From: Nageia nagi
Taxonomy: Eukaryota; Plantae; Pinophyta
Length of the DNA stretch: 64,000 bases
Direction: 5' to 3'
Assembly (NCBI GenBank): GCA_050084985.1
Contig: JBITNC010000001.1
Coordinates: 111,910,001 to 111,974,000, forward strand
Shown: positions 40,328 to 54,832 of the stretch, piece after piece
How the letters are laid out: each line of letters starts with the position of its first letter
How positions within the stretch are numbered: the stretch's first letter is position 1
The notes under the pieces: model-generated
Database searches by the model: none
What the model saw: the letters and a program-made list of their open reading frames with translations, nothing else
Told to the model about the DNA's origin: nothing
Made by a program: the position numbers and the translations under genes

Positions 40328-41351
40328 GGGTGATTACAAGAAGTTGGGTCCATATTATGGTAAAAAGTGGAAGTGTTTTCCTTGATTTTCAAGTTTAGGC
40401 AAGATTGATCTCAAAATTTAAAGCACTTAGATATGGAATCATGAAAAAGGTCATTGGGGTAAAAATGTGGTTCCCAGAGTTTAGTTTTCAAATACATAAT
40501 TTATTCCAATACCCATATAGAATATATTAAATTTTGATTAGAATGAATAAAAATCACATTTTAAAATATAACTTTTAAGACCATATCATGAATGTGTCTG
40601 TGACACATAAATTGATCAAAATCAAGGTATTTTTAAAAATCCATTTAGGAATAGATACCTAAGACATTGAATCTTGTCCTGTATATTTTTCCATAATTTT
40701 TCCATAAATATGTTTTTATTAATTTTTTATCTATCATATTTGTTCTTTCAAAAAGTGTTCATTTCTATCACACATAATTTGACATAAACTTAATCCTTTT
40801 TAATTGTTTTTTATATCTTAAAGAGAATTCTTTGAATCCTTTCCCTACATATTTGTTTTAAAGTATATGGACCACTTTTATTAAAAAAAATTGAAAAATA
40901 TGAAATCTTATCCAATTATAAAAATAATTACATATTTGAAATCCATGCTTTTTAATCTATAATGGGTCTAAACTTCATGAAATAATTCTACCAAAAAATC
41001 CATCAAATGTATGCCTGAATTTGAGATTTTATATTAAATTTGCCATGAGCACATACTTGCAAGTCCAAGGCTAAGGGTTGCCTCACCAAGCCTTTCTTGA
41101 GTGTAAAACCAAGGTAAAATTGAGGATTCTAATATCGAGATCCTAATATTTAATGCTAAGAAAGTGCATGTATTTTAATTTTTAATATGACTATGCCAAT
41201 TTAAAATTGAGATCCTAATATTTATTTAGACCTTTAACCTAAATTAGGATCTTGATATTAATTTATTAAAATCAAACTCTCAATTTTTTGACATTAAATT
41301 TTAACTTTGTACACTTCCCCTTCAAGTGAACTCAACTTCTTGCTTTCATTC
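40328..41351. mobile_element. Non-autonomous DNA transposon, family copy 2 (1024 bp, opposite orientation to copies 1 and 3)
   Basis: Termini GGGTGATTACAAGAAGTTGGGTCCA ... GTGAACTCAACTTCTTGCTTTCATTC; flanks GTAG/ATAG; reverse-complement homology to 55539-56554 throughout. Confidence 0.85.
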
Positions 41352-44300
41352 ATAGGGTATTGAAGGAATTATGGTAAATCTTGAAGACCCCATATATTAG
41401 AAGTGGTAACAAGTTTGCTAAAGTTATACTTACTTTTGTTTTATATATATACATATACTTCACTATTGGTGTAGTATCTTGAAAGAACAAAGCTATGTTT
41501 AGAACTAAGCTAATATTGGAATTTTGTAGTCACCATAACTTTTAAAATAGTTATAAAGACTTGTATTGTATTCATGTATGATATTTTTTTAAAGGTTTTT
41601 AGTTTGCAAAGTTGAGTGATCTGCAAGGAAATAGAGCACGATAATTAACATATAATGTTTAGTTTACATTGGGAAAATTTAACTAATAAAACTATGGTAT
41701 TTATAATATTTGACTCAATTACAAAAAAAAATATAGTGTACATATGTTAAATTTTAAATATTGTCATAAATAGTTGTGAATCAGTTAGTTAGGATTGGAT
41801 TTTGGTATTGTAGATGCTCTATTTATATAGTTTTACAATTGGTAAGTTAATGTTAAGTGATTTTCATAGTAACCTCAAGATGAATAGATTATGTCCAAAA
41901 ATTTACTGCATAGTCATGAAATGATGATTATACATATTTTTTTGGTGGCTATTTGGCTTACAATTTGAATCAAGGAAAAAAAATAACTTGCAAATGGTTA
42001 AATGAATATATGTTTATTAAATATAGGCATTCATTTATTATAAAAGTTAACTTGACTATATACTTTCAACTATGTTTGAATGGGTATAAAATGAGATTAG
42101 AAATTAAAATCAGTTTGGGCATTTGATAAAGACTAGATGTATGATGAAAGAAAAATCTTTATGTAGTAGTTTAATCATGTGATGAATTAAGGATTTCTAA
42201 TGAAAAATTGATAATCACATTTAATTGATTAGTTGACTAAGACTACCTTATCAATTGGAAAGGTAGAAACTGATTCAAAAATATTAAAACTTTTTGAGTT
42301 ATGCAAACTTAGGAATAAAGACTTATTGTTCTAAAAATGTTATAATACTATACAAAAATGTTATGAAGTGGGTTATAAATTATTTTAGGAGAATTTATTC
42401 AAGAATAACTTGTTAAGAAGGAATTATTGTTAGTGTATTGATGTCAAAAATGATGTAACACTCTTATTTAAGAGAGATTTATTATTAGAGTTTTCATGTA
42501 AAAAATGATATATTATTCTTCTTTAATATGGTATTATTATTAGATCTCTCATATCAATAATAATGAATTATTAATTTCAAGAGGATATTATTGTTAATGT
42601 TTCCATGATATAAATAAAGACAAGATTCAATATTTTAAAGGAAATATAGTGGTCAAGTTCACTAATGATAATATGAACACCTCTAAATATGGAATGGGTA
42701 AACTATGAATTGAAATACAAAATATTGACTATTGAATACTATTAAGTGATTGTAGTTGAATCTTCCTAAGTGGGTATAACTAGAATCATATATGGACTCT
42801 ATAAGTACAACAAACCACTGATGAATCTTATACCTAATATAAATATAAAAAAGTATTTGGTAATTTGATTATGATTACAATACTATATTGAATTACAAAA
42901 TAAGATGAGTCCTAAATAATATAAATTGTAATCACTTACACAAATTATTTTCCCTTTCTAAAAATATTTATGTCATCATTTATTTACATATAAGTGTGAG
43001 GTATCATGATTGATGGTATCTAACATTTGGTATCAAAGTACATGTTTTTAAATTTTTGATATGAACTATTATGATTCTCATGTAAAACTAATTATTTTGA
43101 GAAAGAAAATTATTGGTGCACCAAGAGGCAAAGGTAGAAATAGGGGCCTTTAAAATAGGGGTCATGGAATTTAGGGGTATTGGAATAGGAATAGGAAAGG
43201 GTAGACATAATGCCTCTCATTTTAGTACTTTTGAGTCTTAAACTAAAATTGCTTAATATAAGTACTTTTTGAATGTAGAACGAATAGAACAAGAATCATA
43301 GTAGGAATTTGATCATACCATCTAGCAAGATATGGTGAGAATAATTATATATCTACTTATTTGACCATGAAGAAAAAGAGGAAATAACTCCAAGAGAAAC
43401 CAACAATTGATTGGTCATCTCTTGAGTGGTTAGAATAGACTAGGGCAAAGGGTGTCAAGTGTTCCTTAAGTTAAGCAAAGGGCATGTATTGCTATTGAAT
43501 TAGCTAAAGATATGATGTAGTTTTAGGTATCCAAATTTAGTGTTAGAAATACAAAAGAAGTTGATTTATGGTTGATTAAGTTGTAATCTCATTTTGCAAT
43601 CAAGAGATGTGTATCCACTATAGCAGCCATTAAAATGATTGAAACTACTTGAGAATGGTGGAATACTTACCTTTCGAATACCACTAAACAAATAGGATAT
43701 GTGGAGTATGATGAATTTGTGTAGCTATTTAAATAAAGGTAATTGTGCAATTAGTTTTTCTTAGCAAACTAGAGTGAGATTTTAGGATGGAATAGAAAAA
43801 TAATACTATTGATACATACTATCAATAGTTTATGAAACTTTGAAAGTATATTCCAAATTTCAAAAAGATAAAAAAATAAAAAAAACTCATATTTTATTTT
43901 GGGAATGGAGACAAAAGCTCATTCTACCATAAACTTACATAAACCTCCATCAATTCAAAGATAATATTAATTAGCAAAGTAAGAAGAAATAAACTAGATT
44001 TCAAGAAAGGTTGTCACATAGCAATACTGAGCTACTAGAAATGAGAAAATGAACAATAAAAAGAAAAATATCCATGAACAAAAACAACAATGGGAACTCA
44101 ATAAACATAATAAAAATGGTAAAAAAGGGAAAATTTCCAACAATCAACAAAATCAAAACAAACATCATGAGGGATATGAATGTGGTAGATATGGAAAAGG
44201 GAATAAACCCAACTAACCTATTGTTGACCAAAATGGACAAAACCAAAACAAGGGTGCTTACCCAAAGACATGATATTTCATATGTGGAGGAAAGCATTAT

Positions 44301-46890
44301 AAAGCCTAATGTCCAAACCATGATGATTTTAATGATGAGTAGGCAAGGAATATACACCAAATCTCTATAGTTAATAATAAAGTAGTACCAAATAATCAAA
44401 CTTCCACCATTTTCCTTGATGGTAAGATCTATGACCAGAAAATCTCTATCTTAATTAATTATGGTGTAATAGAGAGCTTTGTTTCCTCTTTAATTATTGA
44501 TAAATTCCTTACCAAATAAGAAAAAATGTAAAAACCATGGTATGTAGAATTTACATCAAGTCAAATGTATAAAGTGGGAAAATATTTGTCAAATTTAGAG
44601 ATAATTTTGCTTAGTTTTAAATCAAAAATACCTCTAGACATAATATCATTACCATCATATGACATAATTCTAGGGATGAATTGGTTGATTAAATCAAAAG
44701 CCAATGTGAATATTCCTAAAAAAGTTATTAAAGTTATGAATAGTAAGGATGAAAAACTAATTTTGCATAGCATTAAGAAACCTTTTTACAAACTTTTCAT
44801 TGTGTGAATTCAAGATAACAAAAAGAATGAGACATATGATCCTTTTTAGATATATCCTATACTTGGTAAGTTAAAGGATATTTTTCTAGAACAACTTCCT
44901 AGAATGATGTTAATGAGAGAATTTGACTTCTCAATTGTTTTAAAACTAGGAACTAAACCTATGATGATTACTCCCTATTGCATTACAACTCTTTAAATAC
45001 AAGAGTTGAAAATGCAATTACAAAAACTCTTAGATAAGGTTTTACTTAAACCTTGTGTGTCACCTTGGGGTTTACTAGTTTTGTTTATTAAAAAAAATAT
45101 GGTACCCTTATGTATCAACTACAATATATTAAATAAATTGATCATTAATAATTTTTATCCTTTTCCAAGGATTGATGATCGATTTGACCATCTAAAAGTA
45201 GAAAATTTATTCTTAGAAATTGATCTTATATCGAGTAATCATAAACTTAAAATTAAGGAGTAAGATACATGCAATATAACCTTTAAAATATGTTATGATC
45301 ATTATGGGTTCACAATTTTACCTTTTCAATTCACTAACTCTCCTGCAACATTCATGAACTTGATGAACATTATATTTTGAGAATATCTAGACAAGTTTGT
45401 GTTTCGTATTTCTTGATGAAAATTTGATTTACACTAAAATAAAAGAAGAGCAAGATGAATATTTTAAATTGAAACTAGAAATTTGTATTAGAAACCAACT
45501 GTATGGAATGATATAAAATTGTAAATTCTATACATCATGTGTTCAATATCTTGGGTATATCATGTGAACTAATGGGTTAGTAATGGATCCTAAAAATATT
45601 GAAGCTTTTCATGATTGGAAAACTCCTATAAATATCTTAGAAATATGTAGCTTCATGTGTGATATTGGATATTAAAGAAAATTTGTAAAAGAATTTTCCA
45701 AAATTGCTTATCCAATGACCTTGGGAAGGATAAGAAGTTTATTTAGAATAAGAAATGTAAATCAAATTTCAATTTGCTTAAGCAAAATTTGACCATTTCT
45801 CCTATTCTCAAATTACCAAATCCATAAAAATATTCCATATTATGTATTTATGGTTGAATTTAAGGTCTTAGAGGTATTCTTATGTAAGAGGCTTCAATAA
45901 TGGCATATGAGTCACATAATTGAAGGACAATGAAAGGAACTATCCCACTAATGAACTTAAGTTAGAAGTTGTTGTACATGCTCTCAAAATGTGGTACCAT
46001 TACATAGTGTGTAGATCCTATTTCTTAAAAACTAACCATAATAACTTGTATTATTTATTCACTCAACCTACCTTGAATGCCAGACAAAGATGATGGATGG
46101 AATTTTTAGTTGAGCATGATTTGCAAATTAAATATATCAAAGGGATAGAAAATGAGATTGTTGATATCTTGAGTAGGAAAATACATACCTTAATGGATAT
46201 GTCTAGTTACAAATCGAATATAAATCAAAGGATTTATAAGTATCAAGTTAATGATACTTTCTACATAAACAAAAAAGAGAGAATTCCTCAAGATTTGCAA
46301 GAATAATTCATTATCAATAATGATGAACTACTATATTTTGAGTAAGGGATAGTCAGTCCCTTGAAAGGCAATCTAATAAATATAATCATGTATGAATTCC
46401 CTTATAGAATTTTTTCTACCCACTCGAGTGTTAATAAGATAAGATTAAATATTATGAAATAATATTACCAGCTAGGCATGAATAATATTATCATTGAATA
46501 TATAATCAAGTTCCTAGAATGCCAAATACTTAAAATATAAAGAATTAAACCAATAGGAAACTATATTCACCCACTGGAATTATAATACAAAAATGGTAAT
46601 CTATTATTATGGATTTCATTTTTGCTTTATTAAAAATTAGACTTCATCATGATTATATTTTTTTGATAATTGATAGATTTACGACTTCATCATGATTATT
46701 ATTGATTTCATTTGTTTGGTTTTCCAAAAAAAAAAAAAATTCAGACAATGATAGTAAATTCATTTTAAAATTTTGGGAAGCTATTCATATAGATGTTGGA
46801 AGTAAGCTCAACTTCAATTTGACTTATAATCTAGAGACATATGGGCAAATTGAAAGGGTTAACTAGATCCTGGAAGACATGTTTTGTATT
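41352..46890 (+). mobile_element. Third Ty3/gypsy element, 3'-truncated in integrase
   Basis: LTR end TAACA at 43025 plus PBS TGGTATCAAAG (43028-43038); Zn knuckle 'FICGGKHYKA*CP' (~44276); protease 'ILINYGVIESFVS'; RT 'SPWGLLVLFIKK..LCINYNILNKL...PFPRIDD' (45006-45263); RNaseH 'MEFLVEHDLQIKYIKGIEN'; integrase to 'ERVN*ILEDM' (~46880). LTR start not located. Confidence 0.85.
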
Positions 46891-49180
46891 TGACAAGGTT
46901 ATTTGGGTTTTCCTCATGTGTGATCTTTGAAAAATATACTTTGAGAATAACTATAGATAAAATGGATCACTCTTTCATTCTAAACTCCCTCCTTCTTGGT
47001 TCTAGTAAATATTTTATTCTTTGGTCACTTTAAAATCTCAAGATGGATAATTTAGGGTGGCCATTCATCCCCATACCTCTTTATTATATTGACAAAAGGT
47101 ATTGGTAGTTGTATTAAATATTTACAATTATCTACCAAAATTTATTATATATAGATTTATAATGGTTACCCATATATAACCCACTCATAATGTGGAAATG
47201 ATATCCTCTTAACAATATACCCTTCGATCCATGAGAGTAAAAAAAATAAAAGTTGTTATCAAGTCTATAAAATGATAATAACTCAAGCAATAAATAATCA
47301 ATAATCAAATATTTTTATCTATATCATATGAGATCAACACCTTATGATCCTCTTCAAAATGATACATATGATAATTGATAATGCGCCCAACTCTTATCCA
47401 AGTGTTAGAGTTTTTATGATAGCTTTGGAGAGCTGAGTACCAAGTCGAGTCCCATGCATTAGGTTTTTCCTAGTTCTATGTACACCACTTACTCTCAAGG
47501 AGTGTACAATATTCAAGTTATTTATATCTTAATTGACATATACATTTACACTAAATAAAGTAGATTTATGTCCCTATAAGAAGCCTTAACCATAATTATA
47601 AACCCTATCTATGGTTGAAAATGATAAAGGAAATAATAGAATGGATAGTGAAGCATCTTCATATTTTCATTCGCAAATTTTATAGCAAGGTAATGCATCC
47701 CTTAATTTAGTCATTCCTTTGAATGATATCCATCATGCATGTTTGTGATTATAGTATCATACTTATATAGTGTATTTTCTAGGTAACATACCATTAGATG
47801 TTATTCTTAAGAATTAGATTGTTCAATATAAGCACCCATATGTATTTCAAGTTAATAATGTTAAAAATCTTACCAAAATATATTTTCCATTTTTCATATT
47901 TCTAACTTTGAACATGTGCAGAAATTTTTAGATAAAGAATCAACCTATATTCGTAACACACTTTTGATTTTTCAACTTTGGCCTATGGTTTTCTCTAGTA
48001 GTGATAATGTTTATATAGTTTTCCCTAGGTTGGTGGAATTTTTATGTCTCACCTTAGCTATATGTTATATTATTCATGTCCTTTCCATTCAAATTGGTAA
48101 TCTTATATGTGATGAACCTACTTGGTTCTACATAGCTCATCCATCCAAGAGGATGTGTGTCAAGGTTTACCTTGCTAAAACCCTCTATGAGTATATTGAC
48201 ATCAAAGTTTATGAAAACCTTATCCATCATAGGGTGGTTTATAAATAACCCAAATAGTTATTACATGTGTTATTCAAGTGCTCATAAAGTTAAGGATTAT
48301 CTAGTCATGATAGTAACGTTTAAAGCCAAAAGTGCCAATCTAGTTACTCAATTTCCCACCCCAAATCAAACCACCAAGGGTACTTTGGAAGAGTTGTAGG
48401 GTGTTCTAGAGGAAAGGTAGAGGAACTAAACAAGTTAATACTGGTCAACCTTTAACAAGTTATATTTAAGTAGTTGCTCTCAAACCCTCCCTTAAGGTTA
48501 AAATTCCTCCTCCATAATGAACTTATGTTGTCACTGATTCAAGAGCCTTTGTAGAGGAGGATGTTATTCCTTTTCTTTATATTATCATTGAATAATCTAA
48601 AAGAGTGTAAGGGGTGCAAAATTGAGCCAAAGGCCCACATTCTTGTAATCCTCCTAGAGGAAATTATATAGTTCATATTGATAAGCATTAACACACCAAA
48701 CTTTTAAATAAAGTGTAGGAAAGTCTCATTAATAATAATTTCTATTATATTTATAATTCTAATATTGACTTGAATTATCATGGATGTATGCTCCTTAACA
48801 TTATCAAATGAATTTTTTCATGGAATATTAGAAGACTGACAAACCTAGTCTAACCTTACATGGTCTGGAAAGAGTTGATATTATCTTTTTGGGTTTTAAG
48901 ACACTCTTCTTTTTTTTTATCTACAAGAACTAAAGGTAGTTGATTTTACTCTATAATCATCTTGCACATCCCTCTACCCTAGAATCCAAATGTGAGGTAA
49001 AACTCATCATCATCATAGTGGTGGCATTGTGATTCTATTATGCATTTGTTAGAAAAGTAACTTTGTTTTATGGGGAACATATATAAATCATCATGTTGTA
49101 TGTATTTTTCTATAGGTTGTGTTAGAATTTGTAATGTAACATTGTGTAATATTTCTCTTTAATATAAATTCACTTAATGC
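46890..49180 (+). mobile_element. L1 LINE relic (RT fragment and 3' portion)
   Basis: 'FKISRWII*GGHSSPYLFII' (~47030; cf. RGIRQGDPLSPYLFII) and 'ITHS*CGNDI' (cf. HSQFADD); later degenerate RNaseH-like segment (~48500); AT-rich 3' end near 49160. Confidence 0.6.
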
Positions 49181-49389
49181 TTAAAGTATCTTTAGATATC
49201 TTAAAGCATTAGGGGAATAAATATAGAAACACCTTTAACCTTACCCTTGAGTTAAAGTGAGGTTAAAGGGTGGGTTTAATCTTATCATTAGAGAGGTACC
49301 CCTCCTCTCATTATAATGAAATAAATAAGATTTAGGGTTTGAATAAAGGAGAGATTTTGTGATAGAAGTCCTTGATAATAAAATCTTAG

Positions 49390-52300
49390 TTAGTGGATGT
49401 ACTCATAAGGAGGGAGGAACCACTTTATATCTTGGGTTATTTATGAGATTAGCTTGTGTTATTGGGTTATTGTGTTGATTTTCTAAGTGCCTTCTTGAGA
49501 TCTTGGTAAACTAGAGACTAATTCATAAAGGGTTAACTACATTAGGTTAGTGGCATATCATTTGAAGTCATTAATGCTCATGTCTCAAATAAGATCCCAA
49601 AAAAGTGTATTTTATGAAGTTATGTATGTTATCACTTCCATAATTTATTCAGCTTACGTGTAGATATTTTATTATGATTAAAAAAATCCTTTGATAAAAT
49701 CAACACCACTTCTAATAAATGGGCCCTTGGGGAGCATGAAGTGTATTTATTTATAAAGCATAAACCTAGGCTATTAGAACCTAATGCCAACTTTATTATA
49801 AATTACTTTCTTGAGTACTGATGGTACACATCATCTAATTTACAATATGTCCATTTAAGAGTTCTCGAAAACCTTGTTTATGTAATGATTTCTTATCATC
49901 ATCAATTTTTCTTTTCTCAATGATTACCATTTTTTCTTTTATGGAAATTATTTTGGATCTCATCTCTTATGTTAATTCCCCCACCACTTTCAAATTAAAT
50001 ATTTCCTCTCTATTGCAATGACATTAGAGATCCTAGTTCTTTCTAAATACTTCCTTTATAGAAATTGATGTTATGCTTTCATAGACCTTCCAAGGAGATA
50101 AGATGGATTAACTAGTGTAATGATGTAATCTTCCATACCTCTTCTCTTCTACATAGGTTATACAATAAGGTCACTCAATTCTGATGCAATTCAACTTAAT
50201 ATCTTCATTCAAAGGTCACCAAAGCCTTCACTCAACTAGAATCCAATCCCAGCTACTCTCACTTGCAATCCCATGTTTTCCAAATTAAACATGAGTCAAA
50301 TATGGTGGAGCTATACAAAGCCAAATGAGTACAAATTAATGCTAGGTTGAACATAATTAAGATTAGGGACAAAGTGAGCAAATAAAATTTTTCATTGGAT
50401 TAGAACACTAAGGCAAGCCACCATATTCAAATCCTTATACGATGATGAAATTTGGTTAATATCTCTTTAATATATTTCTAGTTCTTTCACATGTAATTAT
50501 ACACTAGTTTTTGCAACCTAATAATATACCTCAAAATGCCCTAAAGCATTGTAATTTTATAAACATGTGGCACCTTCTCACTTTTCTTCATTTATGAAGG
50601 TTGAGTGAGATAAACTACTCTCTCTTATAGAGTTGGAAGATTTACTTTCCTATATGAAATGTGATGAAACCCTTAGATTAGATGTCTTCACATGGCCATA
50701 TGAATTTGACAAATCATGCTAGGATTTGATTGGCCAAGATTTACATATATTTTACTTAGATGAAAGTTACATAGGCTCTCTTGGCTTCATTATTAATAGA
50801 TGTAATATTAAATTTAGGTGATTCAAAGCCTATTACCAATTCAAGATTGATCACCCTTTTGAATGTTAGTTATAAGATCATTGTCAAAGCTTTCCCATCA
50901 CATCTATAACCTATCCTTCCTATTATTATTCACCTAGAGAAAATTGGATTGATTCATAATCTTCATATTCTTGATAATCTTATAGTAGTATAGGAAGGCA
51001 TGGAATGGGATAGGTCCTCTAGTCAACATGCCCTCTATATCAAACTAGATTTTATCAAACTAGATTTTGAAAAATATTTTGGTCAATTTGAGTTGGCTTT
51101 CATTCTCTTTATTATTGAGGATCTTAGGTTTGATCCTAATTTCATCAACATAGTATGAATGATACTATAAGATGTTTCTATGATGTTTGATTAAATAATG
51201 ATCAAACTAAATCTATTGGCTTCATCGCTCTATCAGATTGGGATATCCTTTAGCCCTCTCCCTTTATGTGTTAGGCTATAGGTCCAATATTTAGTCGATG
51301 AAAATTTTTCTATAGGTAATTTTATCTTCCTATGCTAGCATATATTTCTCAATTCTAATGGGGATGCATTATCCAAGATGAAGTTTTTAAATTCCTTAGA
51401 ATTTCATTTGAATTCCAAGGATGACCTTTCCAATTGGAATTATGTCACAAATATGGTTAAAAAGAAGCTTGACCGTTAAAATTATAAGAAAATCTCCTTG
51501 ATTGAAAAGATTAAAATCTATTAACAAGTACTTACCTTTATTCATGTACATTATTCCTGATGTTAGGTTCCTTCATAAGCTTTCTACAACAAGCTAGAAA
51601 ATCTATTATGTAGCTTCCTATGGAAAAGCCAATATGATAAAAAAGGGTATTCAATTGAGTTATGAGGCATACATGTTACCTCCCAATGGAGTTAGGTGGT
51701 ATGGGAATAATAAACTCTAAATGATAGGAAATGGCACTTTTTTCCAAATGGATTATCATAGCCCTTAAGGGGTATAAGGTTTGGAAGGTCTTAATTCAAC
51801 ATATCATTTGTTTTAGGTTACCTCTAAATAAAAATCTTGGAAAGGGTTGGATCTTCATAATATTATTATGGCTCCAATTTATTTTAAAATTCTTGGCTTG
51901 CTTATTATTTGGAGCATTTGGAAAGCTTGACAAAACTTGATTCCCTAGATTAAGAGGAAAGGGAACAAGTTTGATAAAGCCATTTTCATTATTAAGCTTA
52001 ATTTCTAGTGGTTCTCCTTATTTCATCAATAGGGCATGCATCTAACATAATTTGAATTGGTCAATGCTTGTAAATTCTTCAAATGAGGCATTACTACTAT
52101 AGCTAATTATTTTTATGATCACAATAGGAGTTAGTTCCCCTTTGATCAACTCAAGTATTCTTTTCACCCAAATTTTATGGATAAGTCTAATTATGATAAT
52201 TTTTTGGAAATCACACCCTACTCCCTAGTCTCTAAAATAGGTGTGCATATGTAGAATCCCTAGTGTAAATATTAGGGATCACATGTTGATATCACCTTTC

Positions 52301-53550
52301 TCAATTATAGAGTATCTATGGGCTATAAGTGGCTTTTTGTAGTAGTATCAAGAGTGTTTAGGTTTAATGAGAAATGGGATGTTTTTTCTAGACATATTTT
52401 CTAGACATATGCACTAGAAAAAATATTTTATAGTTGCTTGGGCTTCTTAGCTCAAGCTTGAAAAGTCCTTTTTTGTTTAAAGTCTTTCAAACAAGCATCT
52501 CTCATTTAGTATTCACCTTAAGTACTTAGGAGTCCTAGATCCTCGTTGTGCATTCTATAATGAACTTGAGTCAAGCATGCATATTTTCTTATCTTGTAAA
52601 TGGTCAATATATACATGGCAATGGGTCTCATCATTTTTTCTTCCTTATATTTGTATACAATTTTCTTAGAAATATGTTATTTTGGGTAATTCTTTCACCC
52701 TCACTCTACCATTTTAGGATGTTTAGTAGATTTTTCATACTATTTTATTATTCTATATTTAGAAATTTAGGAATAATTTTATGCTTCAAGAGACTACTCC
52801 TACATAATTTTTTGTATCTACAAAATAAGTTTTTTATGTTTGGTTACAAATTATTAACTAAGATTTGAAAGTGGAAATAAATCTCTCCCACCTTCATACA
52901 CTCCCTAAATATTGGGGAAATGCACCTTACATTGTAAGCTAGTTACATTGGAAGAATACTTTGTAAGAATGGGCATGCTATAGCTTACATCAGTATCCAC
53001 TATTATGCTCACAATCACAATGATATACTCACACTTCATCTCAAGAATCTCCTTTAATTAAATGCTATAATGATATAGATTTGACTTCCTCTCATCCTCT
53101 AAGGTGATGGTATATGACACCCCCTATCAATCAAGATTTAGGATGGAATGCAATGCCACATACTTCCACTCTAGTTCAATGAGGATGGTCCCAAAATTTC
53201 TCTCCTTATTAACAAGTTGTAGGATGGAGAGATGGGAATTGCAACAATGAAAGCCCCTTTTGGGATAATGATAGTTGGTGCTTTTATCCCATATCATCTA
53301 ATGAAAGAAAATGCAAGGTTACTTATGATGTGTCTGAAATGTACTCTTCACATGCTATTAATTAGTCTTTTTTATATTAACACTTATTCTTGTTATGTGT
53401 CAATATTATTTTTTTATTTCTTAACCCATTCTTGATTAATTTGTTTGTTTTGATCCTAATCCATGATTAGGGTTATGCAATAAATTTTGGGGTGCTCCCT
53501 CACACACATGCAAAGTCATTTTTATTATTAAATATTTTTATTAATTAAAA
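49390..53550 (+). mobile_element. L1 LINE relic, ORF2 (endonuclease, RT, zf-RVT)
   Basis: 'RLITLLNVSYKIIVK' (~50845); 'ILDNLIVV*EGMEW', 'IKLDFEK' (with a 15-bp tandem duplication at ~51038-51069); 'RSIRLGYPLA' (~51226); 'ALFSKWIIIAL' (51731); many stops. Confidence 0.8.
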
Positions 53551-54249
53551 TACCTTTCTCATAGATAAAAAAACTCTTATCCAAGTATGAGCCTAACATG
53601 AACTAGTAATGCAGGTGATTTTGGGAATAAAATTAGCACTAAATTATGTAATAAAATGGCTATCTAGAAATATAATTGGCTTTCCAAAATAGCTAAATTG
53701 GTACAAATTAAATTAATATTAGAATATATATCAATCATCTAGCTTAGTATCCTTTATTTAAATCAATATATTAGTCATAATTTTAAGTCTATTATGCTAA
53801 AATTCCTCAATGAAGGTAAACCACATAATAAACTTAATATATAGTGGCATTGAATAATATTATTATAGGAAGTGTATAGGGTGATTAGCCATTAAAAACC
53901 TCTCATTTATGAATACAAACTCTATTAAATAAATTAGCTTGGAGGATTTTATCATTTTTATATTTATTTTTGAGAAGAATTTTCAAATCCAAAACATCTC
54001 CATATTGATAACCCTATGTTGATATTTATCATTCTTATCATTCCCTGGGGTTCATTAATATTTTATGATATTTATAAAGTAAAGTCATAAGCTACAATAA
54101 CTTAAGGGAAAAGAAGGAGAGAAATCAAAGGTGAATTTTTGGATTGATGGTTAATTATATCCTTAATCTATGAGTCAAATGATTACTCTTAATAATATCA
54201 AATACTACCTTAGGATACATTGTGCTTATTAAATAAATAATTTTTACAC

Positions 54250-54700
54250 CTAGATGTAAGAAGAATGTAGAATAAGGAAAATACAATGAAAGTTTGATAC
54301 TCTCCTTCTTGACTTACAACAAGAATTAAAAACTCTATATAGTTTTCTATAGTCTCATATCATTAAAGAGAATGCTCAAGAGAATCATATCATCCTAAGT
54401 ATCATTTGGAGAGTATACTAATAAATGTACCTATAAGGAATTCATTAAAGGAGATATTATAGATCCTATCCTAATGGTTTGGAAATGGTTTTTGTAAACT
54501 AAATCTTAAATTAAAGAATAATTCTTCATTTGGGCTACTATCCATGATAAATTCCTTCATGGTGAGCAATTATCCAAATATGGATAGCATGGGCATTTTT
54601 AAGTATATTATATGTTAGGAAACTAAAATAAGTACACATATAATTCTTTAATTCCTCCTTACATTTGATATTTGGTAAAAAATAGTGAACATATCTATGA
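54250..54700 (+). mobile_element. L1 LINE zf-RVT fragment
   Basis: 'FFIWATIHDKFLHGEQLSKYG' (~54523-54585) resembles the zf-RVT motif of plant L1 ORF2. Confidence 0.5.
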
Positions 54701-54832
54701 TCTCATGCTCGCTAGGAATCCTCCCATAACTAATTATGTATACAAACTCCTTAGGATGATAACTTTAATAATTCTAGTATGGAATATCTAGGTCAAATGG
54801 ATTTAATTCATATTTCTTAATAGAGATTCTTT

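Noticed and set aside
44001-44399. 132-aa hydrophobic minus-strand ORF resembling a membrane protein
   Set aside because: Antisense of the A-rich gypsy gag region; the hydrophobicity comes from T-rich codons.
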